64,000 nucleotides of DNA from an uncultured Rhodobacteraceae bacterium. GTDB taxonomy: Bacteria; Pseudomonadota; Alphaproteobacteria; Rhodobacterales; Rhodobacteraceae. Where the stretch lies: the NCBI GenBank assembly GCA_945952025.1, contig CAMFGW010000011.1, positions 10,377 through 74,376 of the forward strand, in the 5' to 3' direction. Shown here in pieces: positions 50,303 to 61,348 of this stretch (positions within the stretch are counted from its first letter, which is position 1; each line of letters begins with the position of its first letter). Made by a program: the position numbers and the translations under genes. A model generated the notes under the pieces. That model searched no databases. It was not told the origin of the DNA and saw only the letters and a program-made list of their open reading frames with translations.

Positions 50303-52111
50303 ATGTTCCAGTCATTCGAGACGACAGCCGACCCCAGCCAGGGTGCCGGGCGGCTGGCGGCGCTGCGCCAGGAAGTGCGGCGCGAGGGGTTGGCGGGCGT
50401 GATCGTGCCGCGTGCCGACGTGCATCAGGGCGAAAACGTCGCCCCCCGGGACGAAAGGCTGGCCTGGCTGACCGGCTTCACCGGGTCCGCGGGCTTCTGC
50501 ATCGCCCTTCTGGACCGCGCCGGCGTCTTCGTCGATGGCCGCTACCGCACGCAGGTCAAGAGCCAGGTCGACCTGGCGGCCTTCACCCCCGTCGACTGGC
50601 CCGAGGTCAAGGCGGGCGACTGGCTGGCCGAGGCGCTGCCGTCAGGCGGCCGCATCGCCTACGACCCCTGGCTTGCCACAGTGCGTGAGGTCGAAGAGAT
50701 CGAGGTGCGGCTCAAGGGCACCGGGATCGAACTGGTGGCGCAAGAGAACCTGATCGACCGCATCTGGACCGACCGCCCGGCGCCGCCCGTCGGGCAGGTC
50801 TCTGTCCACCCCCTGTCGCTCGCGGGCGTCTCGTCGGCCGACAAGCGCGACCGGATCGCGACGGACCTGCGCGCGGGCGGCCAAAGGGCGGCGGTCCTGA
50901 CCCTGCCGGAAAGCCTGTGCTGGCTTTTGAACATCCGGGGCGCCGACATCGCCCATACGCCGGTCGTGCAGGCGCTTGGGCTCATCCGCGATGACGGGTC
51001 GGTCGACCTGTTCATCGACGAAGCCAAGGTCGGGACAGAGGCGCGCGCGCATCTGGGGCCGGATGTCAGGCTGCACCCGCCCGGCAGCTTTGCCGACCAT
51101 CTGGCGACCCTGACCGGCCCGGTGCGCGTCGACCGCGCGACGGCACCCACCGGCGTCACGGATCGCCTGAAGGCGGCGGGAATCGAGGTCATCCATGCCC
51201 CCGACCCCTGCCTTGCGCCCAAGGCGCGCAAGAACGCGACAGAGGTTGCGGGCATGGTCGCGGCGCACCTGCGCGATGGCGCGGCGGTGGCCGAGTTCCT
51301 GGCCTGGCTCGATGCAAACCCCGGGGATAAAACGGAAATCACACTGGTCGAGAGGCTGGAACAGGCGCGCCGCGCCACGAACGCGCTCCGCGATATCAGC
51401 TTCGACACGATCAGCGGCGCGGGGCCGAACGGCGCCATCATGCATTACCGCGTGACCCGCGACACCGACCGCGCCATCGGGCCGGGCGACCTGGTCGTCC
51501 TCGATTCCGGCGCGCAATATCCCGACGGCACCACCGACGTGACCCGCACCCTGATCCCCCTCGGCACCCCCTCGCCCGACGCGCGCGCCGCCTTCACCCG
51601 CGTCCTGCAAGGCATGATCGCCATGAGCCGCCTGCGCTGGCCGAAGGGGCTCGCTGGCGCACACCTCGACGCCATCGCGCGCGCGCCGCTCTGGATGGCG
51701 CATCAGGACTACAACCACGGCACCGGCCATGGCGTCGGCGCCTTCCTGGGCGTGCATGAAGGCCCGGCCGGCCTCTCGCGCCGGTCCGACACGCCGATCG
51801 AGGCCGGCATGATCCTGTCGAACGAGCCCGGCTACTACCGCGAGGGCGCTTTCGGCATCCGCATCGAAAACCTGGTGCTGGTCGAAGAGGCGCCCCCACT
51901 GCCCGGCGGCGATGCAGAGCGTGAGATGCTGATGTTCCGCACCCTGACGCTGGTGCCGATCGACCGCCGCCTGATCGAGGCGCCGATGCTGACCCGGGCC
52001 GAGGTCGACTGGATCGACGCCTATCATGCGCAGGTCCTGGCCCAGATCGGGCCGCGCGTCAGCCCCGCGACACGTGACTGGCTGACGCGGGCCTGCGCGC
52101 CCCTAGGCTGA
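50303..52111 (+). CDS. Xaa-Pro aminopeptidase (M24B)
   Basis: MFQSF, LTGFTGSAG, DSGAQYPDGTTDVTRT, HGTGHGVG.FLGVHEGP, SNEPGYY and GIRIEN motifs. Confidence 0.93.
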   Translation: MFQSFETTADPSQGAGRLAALRQEVRREGLAGVIVPRADVHQGENVAPRDERLAWLTGFTGSAGFCIALLDRAGVFVDGRYRTQVKSQVDLAAFTPVDWPEVKAGDWLAEALPSGGRIAYDPWLATVREVEEIEVRLKGTGIELVAQENLIDRIWTDRPAPPVGQVSVHPLSLAGVSSADKRDRIATDLRAGGQRAAVLTLPESLCWLLNIRGADIAHTPVVQALGLIRDDGSVDLFIDEAKVGTEARAHLGPDVRLHPPGSFADHLATLTGPVRVDRATAPTGVTDRLKAAGIEVIHAPDPCLAPKARKNATEVAGMVAAHLRDGAAVAEFLAWLDANPGDKTEITLVERLEQARRATNALRDISFDTISGAGPNGAIMHYRVTRDTDRAIGPGDLVVLDSGAQYPDGTTDVTRTLIPLGTPSPDARAAFTRVLQGMIAMSRLRWPKGLAGAHLDAIARAPLWMAHQDYNHGTGHGVGAFLGVHEGPAGLSRRSDTPIEAGMILSNEPGYYREGAFGIRIENLVLVEEAPPLPGGDAEREMLMFRTLTLVPIDRRLIEAPMLTRAEVDWIDAYHAQVLAQIGPRVSPATRDWLTRACAPLG

Positions 52112-53746
52112 CAGAAGCGCCTTGGCCGCCGCGCGGGCGGCCTCGGTGACAGTCTCGCCGGCCAGCATCCGCGCCACCTCGTCCAGCCGCGCCTCGGACG
52201 ACAAGGGCACGACGGTCGAGCGTGTCTCGCCCCCCGTCACCCGCTTTTCCACCCGCCAATGGTGCGCCCCCCGCGCCGCGACCTGCGGCGAATGGGTCAC
52301 GACCAGGATCTGCGCACTTTCCGCCAGCCGCTCGAGCCGTCGCCCGACCGCATCCGCCGTCGCCCCGCCCACGCCCCGGTCGATCTCGTCGAAGATCATC
52401 GTCACCGCCTCGCCCCCGCGCGCCAGCGCCACCTTCAAGGCCAGAAGGAAGCGCGACAGCTCGCCCCCCGACGCGATGCGGTTCAAGGCGCCGGCAGGCG
52501 CGCCGGGGTTGGTCGCGACGGTGAATTCCACCATGTCGATCCCGTCAGGGCCCGGATCAGTGGGCGAAAGGACCGTCTGGAAATGGGCGCGCTCCATCTT
52601 CAGGGGCGCAAGCTCGGCGGCGATGGCCTTGTCGAGCCGCCCGGCCGCCTTCTGCCGTGCCGCGCGCGCCTCAGCCGCAAGCCTGTCATAGCCGGCCCGG
52701 GCCTCTGACACCGCCGCCTTCAGCCCCTTCTGGCCGCCAAGCGCTGTATCCAGCGCCGCCAGCCGCTCGGCAAAGCGCGCCGCCGTCTCGGGCAGGTCAT
52801 CCGCCGCCACCCCATGCTTGCGCGCCAGCGCCCGCAGCGCAAAGAGCCGCTCTTCCACCCGCTCCAGCTCGGCCGGATCGAAGGCCAGCGCCTCGATCGC
52901 CGCATCGAGCCCCTGGGTCGCCTCGCCAAGCTCGGTCAGGGCACGCGACAGGGCGGCAAGGGGCGCGTCGAGCGGCCCCTCGACCTTGGCCGCAGCGCCC
53001 TCGAGCCAGCGGGTCGCGTCGATCATCAGCCCCTCGGCCCCGTCGGACCCCAGCGCCTGCGCGGCGCGGCCCAGATCCTCGCTGACCCGGGCGCCCGCCT
53101 GCATGGCGCGCCTACGGGCGTCGAGCGCCTCTTCCTCGCCAGCGACCGGCGCGAAGGCCGCAAGCTCTGCCCCGGCATGGCGCAGATATTCCTCGTCCGC
53201 GCGCAGCCGCGCCTCGTTCGCCTGCGCCTCGTCCAGCGCGCGCTGCACCTCTGAGAGCCGCGCCCAGGCGGTGCGCAACGGCAGAAGCGGCAAGTCGGCG
53301 AAGGCGTCCAGAAGCAGGCGATGGCCGCGCGCGTTCAGAAGGCCGCGGTCGTCATGCTGGCCGTGAAGCTCGACCAGCCGGTCCCCCAGATCACGCAACA
53401 CCTCTGCGGTGACGCGCCGGTCGTTGACCCAACCCGTCCGCCGCCCGTCCGCCGTCACCACCCGCCGCAGGATCAACTCACCCCCGGTTTCGATCCCGGC
53501 GTCCGTCAGGACGGCGCCCACAGGATGACCGTCCGGCAGGTCGAACACCGCCGCCACCTCGCCCTGCGCGGCACCCGCCCGGACCAGATCGGCCCGCCCG
53601 CGCCAGCCCAGCACGAAGCCCAGACAGTCCAGAAGGATCGACTTGCCCGCGCCCGTCTCGCCTGTCAGCACGTTCAGGCCCGGCTGAAACGCAAGGTCCA
53701 GCCGCTCGATCAGCACCATGTCGCGGATTTCGAGCGTGCGGAGCAT
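52103..53746 (-). CDS. recN: DNA repair protein RecN
   Basis: LTGETGAGKSILLD, LHGQH, IASGGELSRF, IFDEIDRGVGG and VTHSPQVAA motifs. Confidence 0.96.
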   Translation of the reverse strand: MLRTLEIRDMVLIERLDLAFQPGLNVLTGETGAGKSILLDCLGFVLGWRGRADLVRAGAAQGEVAAVFDLPDGHPVGAVLTDAGIETGGELILRRVVTADGRRTGWVNDRRVTAEVLRDLGDRLVELHGQHDDRGLLNARGHRLLLDAFADLPLLPLRTAWARLSEVQRALDEAQANEARLRADEEYLRHAGAELAAFAPVAGEEEALDARRRAMQAGARVSEDLGRAAQALGSDGAEGLMIDATRWLEGAAAKVEGPLDAPLAALSRALTELGEATQGLDAAIEALAFDPAELERVEERLFALRALARKHGVAADDLPETAARFAERLAALDTALGGQKGLKAAVSEARAGYDRLAAEARAARQKAAGRLDKAIAAELAPLKMERAHFQTVLSPTDPGPDGIDMVEFTVATNPGAPAGALNRIASGGELSRFLLALKVALARGGEAVTMIFDEIDRGVGGATADAVGRRLERLAESAQILVVTHSPQVAARGAHHWRVEKRVTGGETRSTVVPLSSEARLDEVARMLAGETVTEAARAAAKALLSA

Positions 53747-53783
53747 CAGCCCCCCCAAGGGCCCCGGATGATCCGAGCCACGT

Positions 53784-54626
53784 TCAGAGCCACTTGCCCT
53801 GGACCGTCTGCCGGTAGATCTCGCTCAGCCAGCCGGTGGCCGAGGCCTTGGGCGCCAGCCCCTGCCCGGTCAGGACGCGGTAGCCGTCGCGGTACCAGAC
53901 CGTCGACTGGAAGTTGTGCCCCAGGATAGCGCCCGCCGTCTGCGCCTGGTCCGTGATGCCCAGCGAGAGGTAGCATTCGATCAGCCGGTAAAGCGCCTCG
54001 GGCGTCTGGGTCGTGGTCTGGTATTGCTCGACCACCACGCGGAAGCGGTTGATGGCGGCGGTATAGTCGCCCTGCTTCAGATAGTAGCGTCCGACCTCCA
54101 TCTCCTTGCCGGCCAGATGGTCGAAGGCCAGGTCGAACTTCAGGATCGCCGACTTGGCATATTCGCTGTCGGGATAGTCCTGGATGACAGCCCTGAGCGC
54201 CTGAAGCGCGTCATAGGTCATCTTCTGGTCGCGGCCGACATCGTCGATCTGGTCGTAGTAGGTCAGAGCGATGATGTATTTCGCATAGGCCGCATCCTCG
54301 TCACCCGGATAGGTGTCGATATAGCGCTGCGCGGTCGTGCGCGCATCGTCGAACTTGCGGGCGCGGTGCTGGCTGACCGCTTCCTGGATCAGCGCGCGGC
54401 GCGCCCAGATCGTATAGGGATACTGGCGCTCGATCTCGGCAAAGACCGTCACGGCCTTCTTCGGATCGCGGTCGACGGTCAGAGTGCGCTGTCCGATCTG
54501 GTAGATCTGTTCGGGCGGCACGCCGTCCAGGGCGAGCTTGCTGCTCGACCCGCCGCCGCATGCCGCGAGCGCCGCGATCAAGGCTGCCTGACCGACAAGG
54601 ACTGCCGCTTTCCTGCCTTGCACCAT
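53784..54626 (-). CDS. bamD: Outer membrane assembly lipoprotein BamD
   Basis: Lipobox LAAC, EIERQYPY, YYDQIDDVGRDQ, HLAGKEMEVGRYY and PEALYRL motifs. Confidence 0.92.
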   Translation of the reverse strand: MVQGRKAAVLVGQAALIAALAACGGGSSSKLALDGVPPEQIYQIGQRTLTVDRDPKKAVTVFAEIERQYPYTIWARRALIQEAVSQHRARKFDDARTTAQRYIDTYPGDEDAAYAKYIIALTYYDQIDDVGRDQKMTYDALQALRAVIQDYPDSEYAKSAILKFDLAFDHLAGKEMEVGRYYLKQGDYTAAINRFRVVVEQYQTTTQTPEALYRLIECYLSLGITDQAQTAGAILGHNFQSTVWYRDGYRVLTGQGLAPKASATGWLSEIYRQTVQGKWL

Positions 54627-54792
54627 AGTCTCGCGCCCCCGTCCTGCCTGTCCGTTTTCCGGTGGCGCATCCGGCGGGGTTTTCCCCGCAACGGCATCAA
54701 GTCCGACCGTGCGTGAACGTCCTAGCACAGAAGAAACGGGCGCGCAAAACGCCTTTGCCGGCTTTGGACGGTGAAAATGAAAGCCTGGCCGA

Positions 54793-55713
54793 TCAGACCA
54801 GCGCGGGGATTTCGTCGGCATGGACGCCAACGCCCGGCAGGACCTCGCGCTGGGCATCGTCGCATTCGACATAGCGCCAGGCGCCCGGCGTGGCAAAGAG
54901 CGTGCGCAGCAGCCAGTTGGTCATCGCATGGCCGGCGCGGTTGCCGACATAGCGGCCAAGGATCGGCGCGCCCGCGACCGCAAGATCGCCGACGGCGTCA
55001 AGCATCTTGTGCCGCACCGGCTCGTCCGCGCGGCGCAGGCCGCCGGGCGACAGGACATCGGCGCCGTCAAACACGACCGCGTTGTCATAGGTGCCGCCGA
55101 GCGCCAGCCCGTTCGCCTGCATTGTTTCCACATCCGCCTGCCGGCAGAAGGTGCGGCAGTCGCTGAGCTCACGCACGAAGCTGCCGTTCGCAAGGGTCAA
55201 CCGCTTGCGCTGCCGGCCGATGGCCGCATCGGCGAAGTCGATGGCGAAGTCGATTTCCAGCGCCTTGGCCGGTTCCAGCCGCGCCCAGGCCTCGCCCTCG
55301 CGCACTTCGACCGCGGCCAGCACTTCGATGCAGCGCACGGGTGCGTCCTGCTCGACAAGGCCGGCCTTCAGGATGCGCGCGACGAAGGGGCGCGACGAGC
55401 CGTCCAGGATCGGCGCTTCCGGCCCGTCGATCGAAATCAGGGCGTTATGGATGCCGCAGCCCGCAAGAGCGGCCATGACATGCTCGATGGTCGAGACGCC
55501 GACACCATCGTCATTCTCGACTTCCGTGCAGAGCTTCGAGGGCTTCACCAGATCCCAGCGCGCCGGGACGAGAGGGTTGCGGCCGATGACGTCGGTGCGC
55601 AGGAACAGGATACCCTGATCGCGGTCCGCCGGGCCAATCGTCATCCGCACGGGCTCTCCCTTGTGGAGCCCGACCCCCGTGAAGGTCACTGCGTGTTTGA
55701 TGGTGGTCTGCAC
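54793..55713 (-). CDS. lpxC: UDP-3-O-acyl-GlcNAc deacetylase
   Basis: QTTIK, GVGLHKG, STIEHVMAAL, PILDGSS and RHKMLDAVGDL motifs. GTG start at 55713. Confidence 0.95.
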   Translation of the reverse strand: MQTTIKHAVTFTGVGLHKGEPVRMTIGPADRDQGILFLRTDVIGRNPLVPARWDLVKPSKLCTEVENDDGVGVSTIEHVMAALAGCGIHNALISIDGPEAPILDGSSRPFVARILKAGLVEQDAPVRCIEVLAAVEVREGEAWARLEPAKALEIDFAIDFADAAIGRQRKRLTLANGSFVRELSDCRTFCRQADVETMQANGLALGGTYDNAVVFDGADVLSPGGLRRADEPVRHKMLDAVGDLAVAGAPILGRYVGNRAGHAMTNWLLRTLFATPGAWRYVECDDAQREVLPGVGVHADEIPALV

Positions 55714-55845
55714 CGTCTTGCCCCATTTATCGGCCCTTGGGTTGGGCCTTCGGTCGTGACGATGAGGTACTGCCTGGCCCAACCAGAAACAATTCACTCT
55801 TTGCAACGGTCTGAAACATAGGCTGATGGCCACTCAAGCCATTGA

Positions 55846-55879
55846 TAAAAAAGAAAAAGCCGGGGGCGACCCCGGCTTT
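55846..55879 (-). terminator. Intrinsic terminator after ftsZ
   Basis: AAAGCCGGGG-GCGA-CCCCGGCTTT 10-bp stem followed by a long T-run on the minus strand. Confidence 0.8.
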
Positions 55880-55901
55880 CCCCGTGGTAAATTGTCCGTT
55901 C

Positions 55902-57674
55902 TCAGTTGGCCTGACGGCGCAGGAAAGCCGGGATTTCGATGCGTTCATGGTCCGGATCGGTGGCCTGATCCTCGTCATAGGCGACCGCGACACGGGGCTG
56001 CTGGCGCATCTGCGGCTGCGCCCGTTCGGCCGGCGCGTGACCCGGCTGGGCCGCCGTGCCGCCCGTCATCCGGTTCAGAAGCGAGTTGATCCCGAAGCGC
56101 GGCTTTTCGGCGGCCGGGGCCTGCTCACGCGCGGGCTGCGGCGCTGCGGCGCGCTGGCCCTGGTTCTGCGGCGCATGGGCCACAGCGGCACGAAGCCGGG
56201 CGAGCGCCTCGGGCGTCGGCGTGCCAGCGGGGCGCGGCCGGGGGGCGACGAAGCTCGCCTCGTCCTCGACGTGCAGGTCGCGGGCCGAAGGGGCCTGCGC
56301 CTGCGGACGGTAGGCCGGGGCCGGCAGGTCGTCGGCGATCTGCGGACGCTCGGCATAGCGCGGCTGTTCGGCATAGCGCTGCGCCTCGGCGCGCGGGTCG
56401 ATCTGCGGCTCGAAGAGCGACGGCTCCTGCACCGGCGCTTCATGCCAGGCCTGCTGCTCGGGCGCGCGGGCGGCTTCGCGGAAAGCCTCACGGGGCGCCT
56501 CACGGGGCGCCTCGCGCATGTCGCGCATCTGCGGCTCGGGCTCGCGCCGCATTTCCTGACGCATGGGCTCCTGCCGCATGGGTTCGGGCTGCGGCTGGTA
56601 GGCGGCGCGCTGCGGCTGCTGGGGCGCGGCGCGCGGCGCCTCGACCGGCTGCTGCGACAGGGGCTCGGCCATGCGGCGACGCGCCACCGGCATGTCGGCC
56701 TGCGCCTGCGCCGCGTCGATGCCGGTCGCCACGACCGACACGCGCATCATGCCCTGCAGCCCCTCGTCCAGCGTCGAGCCGACGATGATGTTGGCGTCCT
56801 GGTCCACTTCCTCGCGGATGCGGTTCGCCGCCTCGTCCAGTTCGAACAGCGTAAGGTCCGAACCGCCGGTGATGTTGATGAGGACGCCCTTGGCGCCCTT
56901 GAGGCTGATTTCGTCCAGAAGCGGGTTGGCGATGGCCTTTTCCGCCGCCTGGATGGCGCGGTCGTCGCCCGAGGCTTCGCCCGTGCCCATCATCGCCTTG
57001 CCCATCTCGTCCATCACGGCGCGCACGTCCGCGAAGTCCAGGTTGATGAGGCCCGGCCGGACCATCAGGTCGGTCACGCCCTTGACGCCCTGGTAGAGCA
57101 CGTCGTCGGCCAGCGCGAAGGCTTCGGTGAAGGTGGTCTTTTCGTTCGCCAGACGGAACAGGTTCTGGTTCGGGATGATAATGAGCGTATCGACGACCTT
57201 CTGCAGCGCGTCGATCCCCTCGTTCGCCTGGCGCATCCGCTTGGCGCCTTCGAACTGGAAGGGCTTGGTCACGACGCCGACGGTCAGGACGCCCAGCTCA
57301 CGCGCGGCCTGCGCTATGATCGGCGCAGCACCGGTCCCGGTGCCGCCGCCCATGCCGGCGGTGATGAAGCACATGTGCGCGCCGGCCAGGTGGTCGACGA
57401 TCTCTTCGATGGTTTCTTCGGCGGCGGCGGCCCCGACCGACGGGCGCGCGCCGGCACCCAAGCCTTCGGTCACCTTGACACCGATCTGCACCTTGGTCTG
57501 GGCCAGGCTCTGCGCCAGCGCCTGGGCGTCGGTGTTGGCCACGACGAAAGTGACACCCTCAAGCTCTTTGGCGATCATGTTGTTGACGGCATTGCCGCCC
57601 GCCCCGCCCACGCCGAAGACCGTGATGCGCGGCTTCAGATCGTCCGCTTCGGTGATCGTCAAATTCAGTGCCAT
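55902..57674 (-). CDS. ftsZ: Cell division protein FtsZ
   Basis: [27 protein letters not shown], a long Q/P/E-rich linker and C-terminal [10 protein letters not shown]. Confidence 0.97.
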   Translation of the reverse strand: MALNLTITEADDLKPRITVFGVGGAGGNAVNNMIAKELEGVTFVVANTDAQALAQSLAQTKVQIGVKVTEGLGAGARPSVGAAAAEETIEEIVDHLAGAHMCFITAGMGGGTGTGAAPIIAQAARELGVLTVGVVTKPFQFEGAKRMRQANEGIDALQKVVDTLIIIPNQNLFRLANEKTTFTEAFALADDVLYQGVKGVTDLMVRPGLINLDFADVRAVMDEMGKAMMGTGEASGDDRAIQAAEKAIANPLLDEISLKGAKGVLINITGGSDLTLFELDEAANRIREEVDQDANIIVGSTLDEGLQGMMRVSVVATGIDAAQAQADMPVARRRMAEPLSQQPVEAPRAAPQQPQRAAYQPQPEPMRQEPMRQEMRREPEPQMRDMREAPREAPREAFREAARAPEQQAWHEAPVQEPSLFEPQIDPRAEAQRYAEQPRYAERPQIADDLPAPAYRPQAQAPSARDLHVEDEASFVAPRPRPAGTPTPEALARLRAAVAHAPQNQGQRAAAPQPAREQAPAAEKPRFGINSLLNRMTGGTAAQPGHAPAERAQPQMRQQPRVAVAYDEDQATDPDHERIEIPAFLRRQAN

Positions 57675-57844
57675 CGGTATCCGCCTGTCAATGATTGGGC
57701 CGAAAAAGGCCAGTCCCCCACATGCCCGGGAATTTACCGGCAGAATCACGCAAGGTCACGCGAAAAACGTGTTTTCCCCACAAAATATGGGGGAACGGCC
57801 GCCTGCGCTCGGCGGCATCTTGCCGACCCAACAGAATCTAGTGG

Positions 57845-59176
57845 TTACCAGTTGTCCTTAAACCAACGGACAGCGCGCCGGAGCGATCGGGCCGGGTAGC
57901 GTTCGGCCGGAATCTCGAAATCCCACCATTCATCCTGGGGGTGCGCGGCAAAGAGGCAGAGCCCTACGGCCGACGAAAATGCGGCACCCGTTGCAGCTTG
58001 CGGCAGGCCCTGCACGCGCAGGGGCCGGCCAAGGCGCACGCTCTGGCCAAGGATTCGCGCCGCGAGCCCGTCAAGGCCGGGGATGAGGCTCGCGCCCCCC
58101 GTCAGGACGATCTGCTGGCTCGGCAGCTGGTCGAAGCCAGCGGCGTCGAGCATGGCGCGGGTTTCCTCGAGGATCTCCTCGACGCGCGGGCGCATGATGC
58201 CGATCAGCTCGGCCCGGCTGACCAGCCGCCGGTCATGTTCCCAGTCGCCGCTGTCGCCGCCGATCTCGATCATCTCGCGATCGTCCATGCCGGTCGCATA
58301 GACGCCGCCGTGCATGGTCTTGATCCGCTCGGCGTTCGCGGTCGAGACGCGCAGGCCCTTGGCGATGTCGGCCGTCACATGCTCGCCGCCAAGCCGCACG
58401 GCGTCGGTGAAGATCATGTGCTTCTTGATGAAGATCGACAGGCCCGTGGCACCCCCGCCCATGTCGATGCAGGCCGAGCCGAGTTCCTGTTCGTCCTCCA
58501 CGAGTGCCGCAACGCCCGACACATAGGCCGACGAGGCGATCCCGGCGAGTTCCAGGTCGCAGCGCTTGATGCAGTAGAGCAGGTTCTGCAGCGCCGTCAT
58601 GTCGATCGTGACCAGGTGCATGTCCGCGGCCAGCCGGTTGCCGACATGGCCGCGCGGGTCCGACAGGCCGCTCCGGTGGTCGATCGCGAAGTTGACCGGG
58701 TGGGCGTGCAGCACCTCGCGCCCCTCGCCAAAGTCCGGCACGTCGCAGGCGGCCAGCACGCGCCCCACGTCGCCCTCGCTCGCCCGGCCCTGCGCCAGCG
58801 TGATCTCTCCGGCCAGCCCGTAGCTTTTCGGCCGGGCGCCCGACAGGCAGGCGATGACGTGATCGACCCGCACGTCGGCCATCTTCTGCGCGGCCTGGAC
58901 AGCGGTGCGGATGGCGCGCTCCGTTTCCGGGATCGCATCAATCTCGCCGAAGCGGACGCCCCGCGACTGGGTGGTTGCCGCGCCGATCACGCGGAACTGC
59001 GACTGCCCGGCCATCGAACCAAGCCCATCCTCGCGCGGCGGCGCCTCGCCGTCGAAGCGCAGGACAAGGCAGGCGACCTTCGAGGTGCCCACGTCGAGGA
59101 TCGCCACCACGCCCCGCTGCATCGCGGCCCGCCGCATGTTCCGCATCGCGCGCTGCATCTGGTAAAGGTCGGTCAT
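57845..59176 (-). CDS. ftsA: Cell division protein FtsA
   Basis: LDVGTSKVAC, IDMGGG, GGEHVTADIA and VLTGGAS motifs, plus C-terminal amphipathic VRWFKDNW. Confidence 0.95.
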   Translation of the reverse strand: MTDLYQMQRAMRNMRRAAMQRGVVAILDVGTSKVACLVLRFDGEAPPREDGLGSMAGQSQFRVIGAATTQSRGVRFGEIDAIPETERAIRTAVQAAQKMADVRVDHVIACLSGARPKSYGLAGEITLAQGRASEGDVGRVLAACDVPDFGEGREVLHAHPVNFAIDHRSGLSDPRGHVGNRLAADMHLVTIDMTALQNLLYCIKRCDLELAGIASSAYVSGVAALVEDEQELGSACIDMGGGATGLSIFIKKHMIFTDAVRLGGEHVTADIAKGLRVSTANAERIKTMHGGVYATGMDDREMIEIGGDSGDWEHDRRLVSRAELIGIMRPRVEEILEETRAMLDAAGFDQLPSQQIVLTGGASLIPGLDGLAARILGQSVRLGRPLRVQGLPQAATGAAFSSAVGLCLFAAHPQDEWWDFEIPAERYPARSLRRAVRWFKDNW

Positions 59177-60333
59177 TGGTCTTCTACCTTCGGTTGGCTG
59201 TCGCCGGGGCTGGCGGTCGTCGGGGAGGCGCCGTCGGGATGTTCGGCGGCCATGGCGGCCGCGCCGAGCCGAAGCGTCGGGCGGTCCGCGTTGCGGAAAT
59301 CAATCTGGGCGATGTCGCGCGACAGAAGGTCCTGCGACTTGTCGAGCGCGATTGCCTCTTCAACGGCCGGGATCGGCCGGTCCTGCGGCAGAAGGATGCG
59401 CCGGTCGCCGTCAAGGACGATGTCCCAGCGCCGGTCGCCGACGCGGACGAGCCCGCGCACCTTGGACAGGATCGGACGGGCGGCCGACAGGATCGCCATC
59501 GCCTCGGGCACCGCGGCCTCGGCGCCCTCGCCCGCGATCACCGGCAGGTCGGGGCGCGCGGCGCGTTCCAGAAGCGTCGCGACCCGGTGCCCGGTTGCAT
59601 CCAGCATCTCGAGCGAATTGCCGTTCCGCCACAGGACCGTGGGCTTGCGCTCCACGACCGTCGCCGTCAGGACGCCGCCCGACCGGACCTTCAGCATCAC
59701 CGTTTCGACCGCATCCATGCGCGCGATGGCGTCGTGAAAGCCCGCCAGGTCGATCTTGAAGGACGACACCGGCAGCGTCGCGGGCATCATCGCGCGGACG
59801 GCATCGGCGACCGGCGGGCTCGCCCCGTCGATCTCCAGTAGCCGCACCATGAATTCCGGCCGGTTCTCCACCACATCGCGCAGCGTGGTCACCTGGCCCA
59901 TGATCGCCGCACGCCGGTCGGCGCTGGCAAGGATGCCGCCCGTGACGGCGGCGACCAGAAGGACCGGCAGGCCATAGCGCAGGAAGATCCGCACCGTCGG
60001 CGTCAGCCGCAGCCGCTCGATCCGGTAGGCAAGGCGCGAGGGCGCGCGGTCGCGCGGCACCTGGGTCCGGGCGCTGGTTTGGGCACTGGAGTGAGCCTTG
60101 GTCTGGGCCACCGCAGGCTTCGGCAGCGCCGCAACCGGCCGCTTCAGAAGCGTCATCGTCCTCAGCATCGCATCGCCCGGCGCGTCGGACGTGGTGCGCG
60201 CGGCGCGCGTCAACTCTGGCTCGGCCGCGCGCGCCGCACCGGCCTTCAGCCGCAGGACGAACGTCGGCCAGGCCCGCGCCGCGGGCTTCGGTGCCCGCCA
60301 GGCGGGCCGCTCCGGGGCGCTCAGCGTGGACAT
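59173..60333 (-). CDS. ftsQ: Cell division protein FtsQ/DivIB
   Basis: [16 protein letters not shown], one TM segment, POTRA region, [12 protein letters not shown] and [13 protein letters not shown]. The start could also be internal. Confidence 0.88.
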   Translation of the reverse strand: MSTLSAPERPAWRAPKPAARAWPTFVLRLKAGAARAAEPELTRAARTTSDAPGDAMLRTMTLLKRPVAALPKPAVAQTKAHSSAQTSARTQVPRDRAPSRLAYRIERLRLTPTVRIFLRYGLPVLLVAAVTGGILASADRRAAIMGQVTTLRDVVENRPEFMVRLLEIDGASPPVADAVRAMMPATLPVSSFKIDLAGFHDAIARMDAVETVMLKVRSGGVLTATVVERKPTVLWRNGNSLEMLDATGHRVATLLERAARPDLPVIAGEGAEAAVPEAMAILSAARPILSKVRGLVRVGDRRWDIVLDGDRRILLPQDRPIPAVEEAIALDKSQDLLSRDIAQIDFRNADRPTLRLGAAAMAAEHPDGASPTTASPGDSQPKVEDQ

Positions 60334-61244
60334 GAGGCGTCCTTCACCAGCCAGTCGCAGAGGTCGGCAAAGCTCATCCCCACCATCGCGGCCTGTTCGG
60401 GCGAGAGCGAGGTGGGCGTCATCCCCGGCTGGGTGTTTGTTTCCAGAATGATGAGTCCAGCAAGTCCCCTGGCATCATCCCAACGGAAGTCCGACCGGCT
60501 CAGCCCCCGGCACCCCAGCGCCCGGTGCGCCGTCAGCGCATGGTCCATCGCCGCGCGCTCGATTTCGGGTGGCAGGATGGCGGGGCAGATGTGGGTCGAG
60601 CCGCCGGGTGCATATTTCGCCTCATAATCATACCAGCCCGAGGTGAGGATCTCGGTCACGCCCAGCACCCGGTCGCCAAGGACCGAAACCGTCAGCTCGC
60701 GCCCCGGCACATAGGCCTCGACCATCACCTCGGCCGGCATGTCGGGGCCAAGGCGCGGCGGGCTGTTCGCCCCGTCGCGCACGATGACGATCCCGACCGA
60801 CGAGCCTTCGTTGTTCGGCTTGACGACGTAAGGCGCGGCCATGACATGGGCCGCCTCGACGTCGGCGCGCGGCAGGATGCGGCTTTCGGCGACAGGCAGG
60901 CCGGCCGCGCGGTAGATGTCCTTGGCGCGCGTCTTGTCCATGGCGAGCGCCGAGGCAAGCACGCCGGAATGTGTATAAGGAATGCCCAGCCATTCGAGCA
61001 GGCCCTGGACGGCACCGTCCTCACCCCAGCGGCCATGAAGGGCATTGAAGCAGACATCGGGGGCAATGGCGGCAAGACGCGCGGCAAGGTCGCGGCCGGC
61101 ATCGACCTCGACCACCTCATATCCCGCCTCCCGCAGGGCCCGGGCGCAACCGCGCCCCGTGCTGAGAGAAACCTCCCGCTCGGCGGAAAGGCCACCCATC
61201 AGAACTGCCACTTTGGGGGCGCGTCTGCTCGACCTGCCCGCCAC
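60321..61244 (-). CDS. ddl: D-alanine--D-alanine ligase
   Basis: [42 protein letters not shown] and ETNTQPGMT motifs. Confidence 0.96.
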   Translation of the reverse strand: MAGRSSRRAPKVAVLMGGLSAEREVSLSTGRGCARALREAGYEVVEVDAGRDLAARLAAIAPDVCFNALHGRWGEDGAVQGLLEWLGIPYTHSGVLASALAMDKTRAKDIYRAAGLPVAESRILPRADVEAAHVMAAPYVVKPNNEGSSVGIVIVRDGANSPPRLGPDMPAEVMVEAYVPGRELTVSVLGDRVLGVTEILTSGWYDYEAKYAPGGSTHICPAILPPEIERAAMDHALTAHRALGCRGLSRSDFRWDDARGLAGLIILETNTQPGMTPTSLSPEQAAMVGMSFADLCDWLVKDASCPR

Positions 61245-61348
61245 GTCCGCCTGCTTCCGGGGCTTTTCGCCCCTGTTATTGCCGGGAATGTCCCGGCCTT
61301 CGTCGCCTCAACGACCGGACAAGCCGGCCAACTCTTTGTTTCTTCCAG

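Noticed and set aside
56000-56700. Short repeats in ftsZ (QEPMR, REAP)
   Set aside because: These are ordinary low-complexity linker sequence of long alphaproteobacterial FtsZ.
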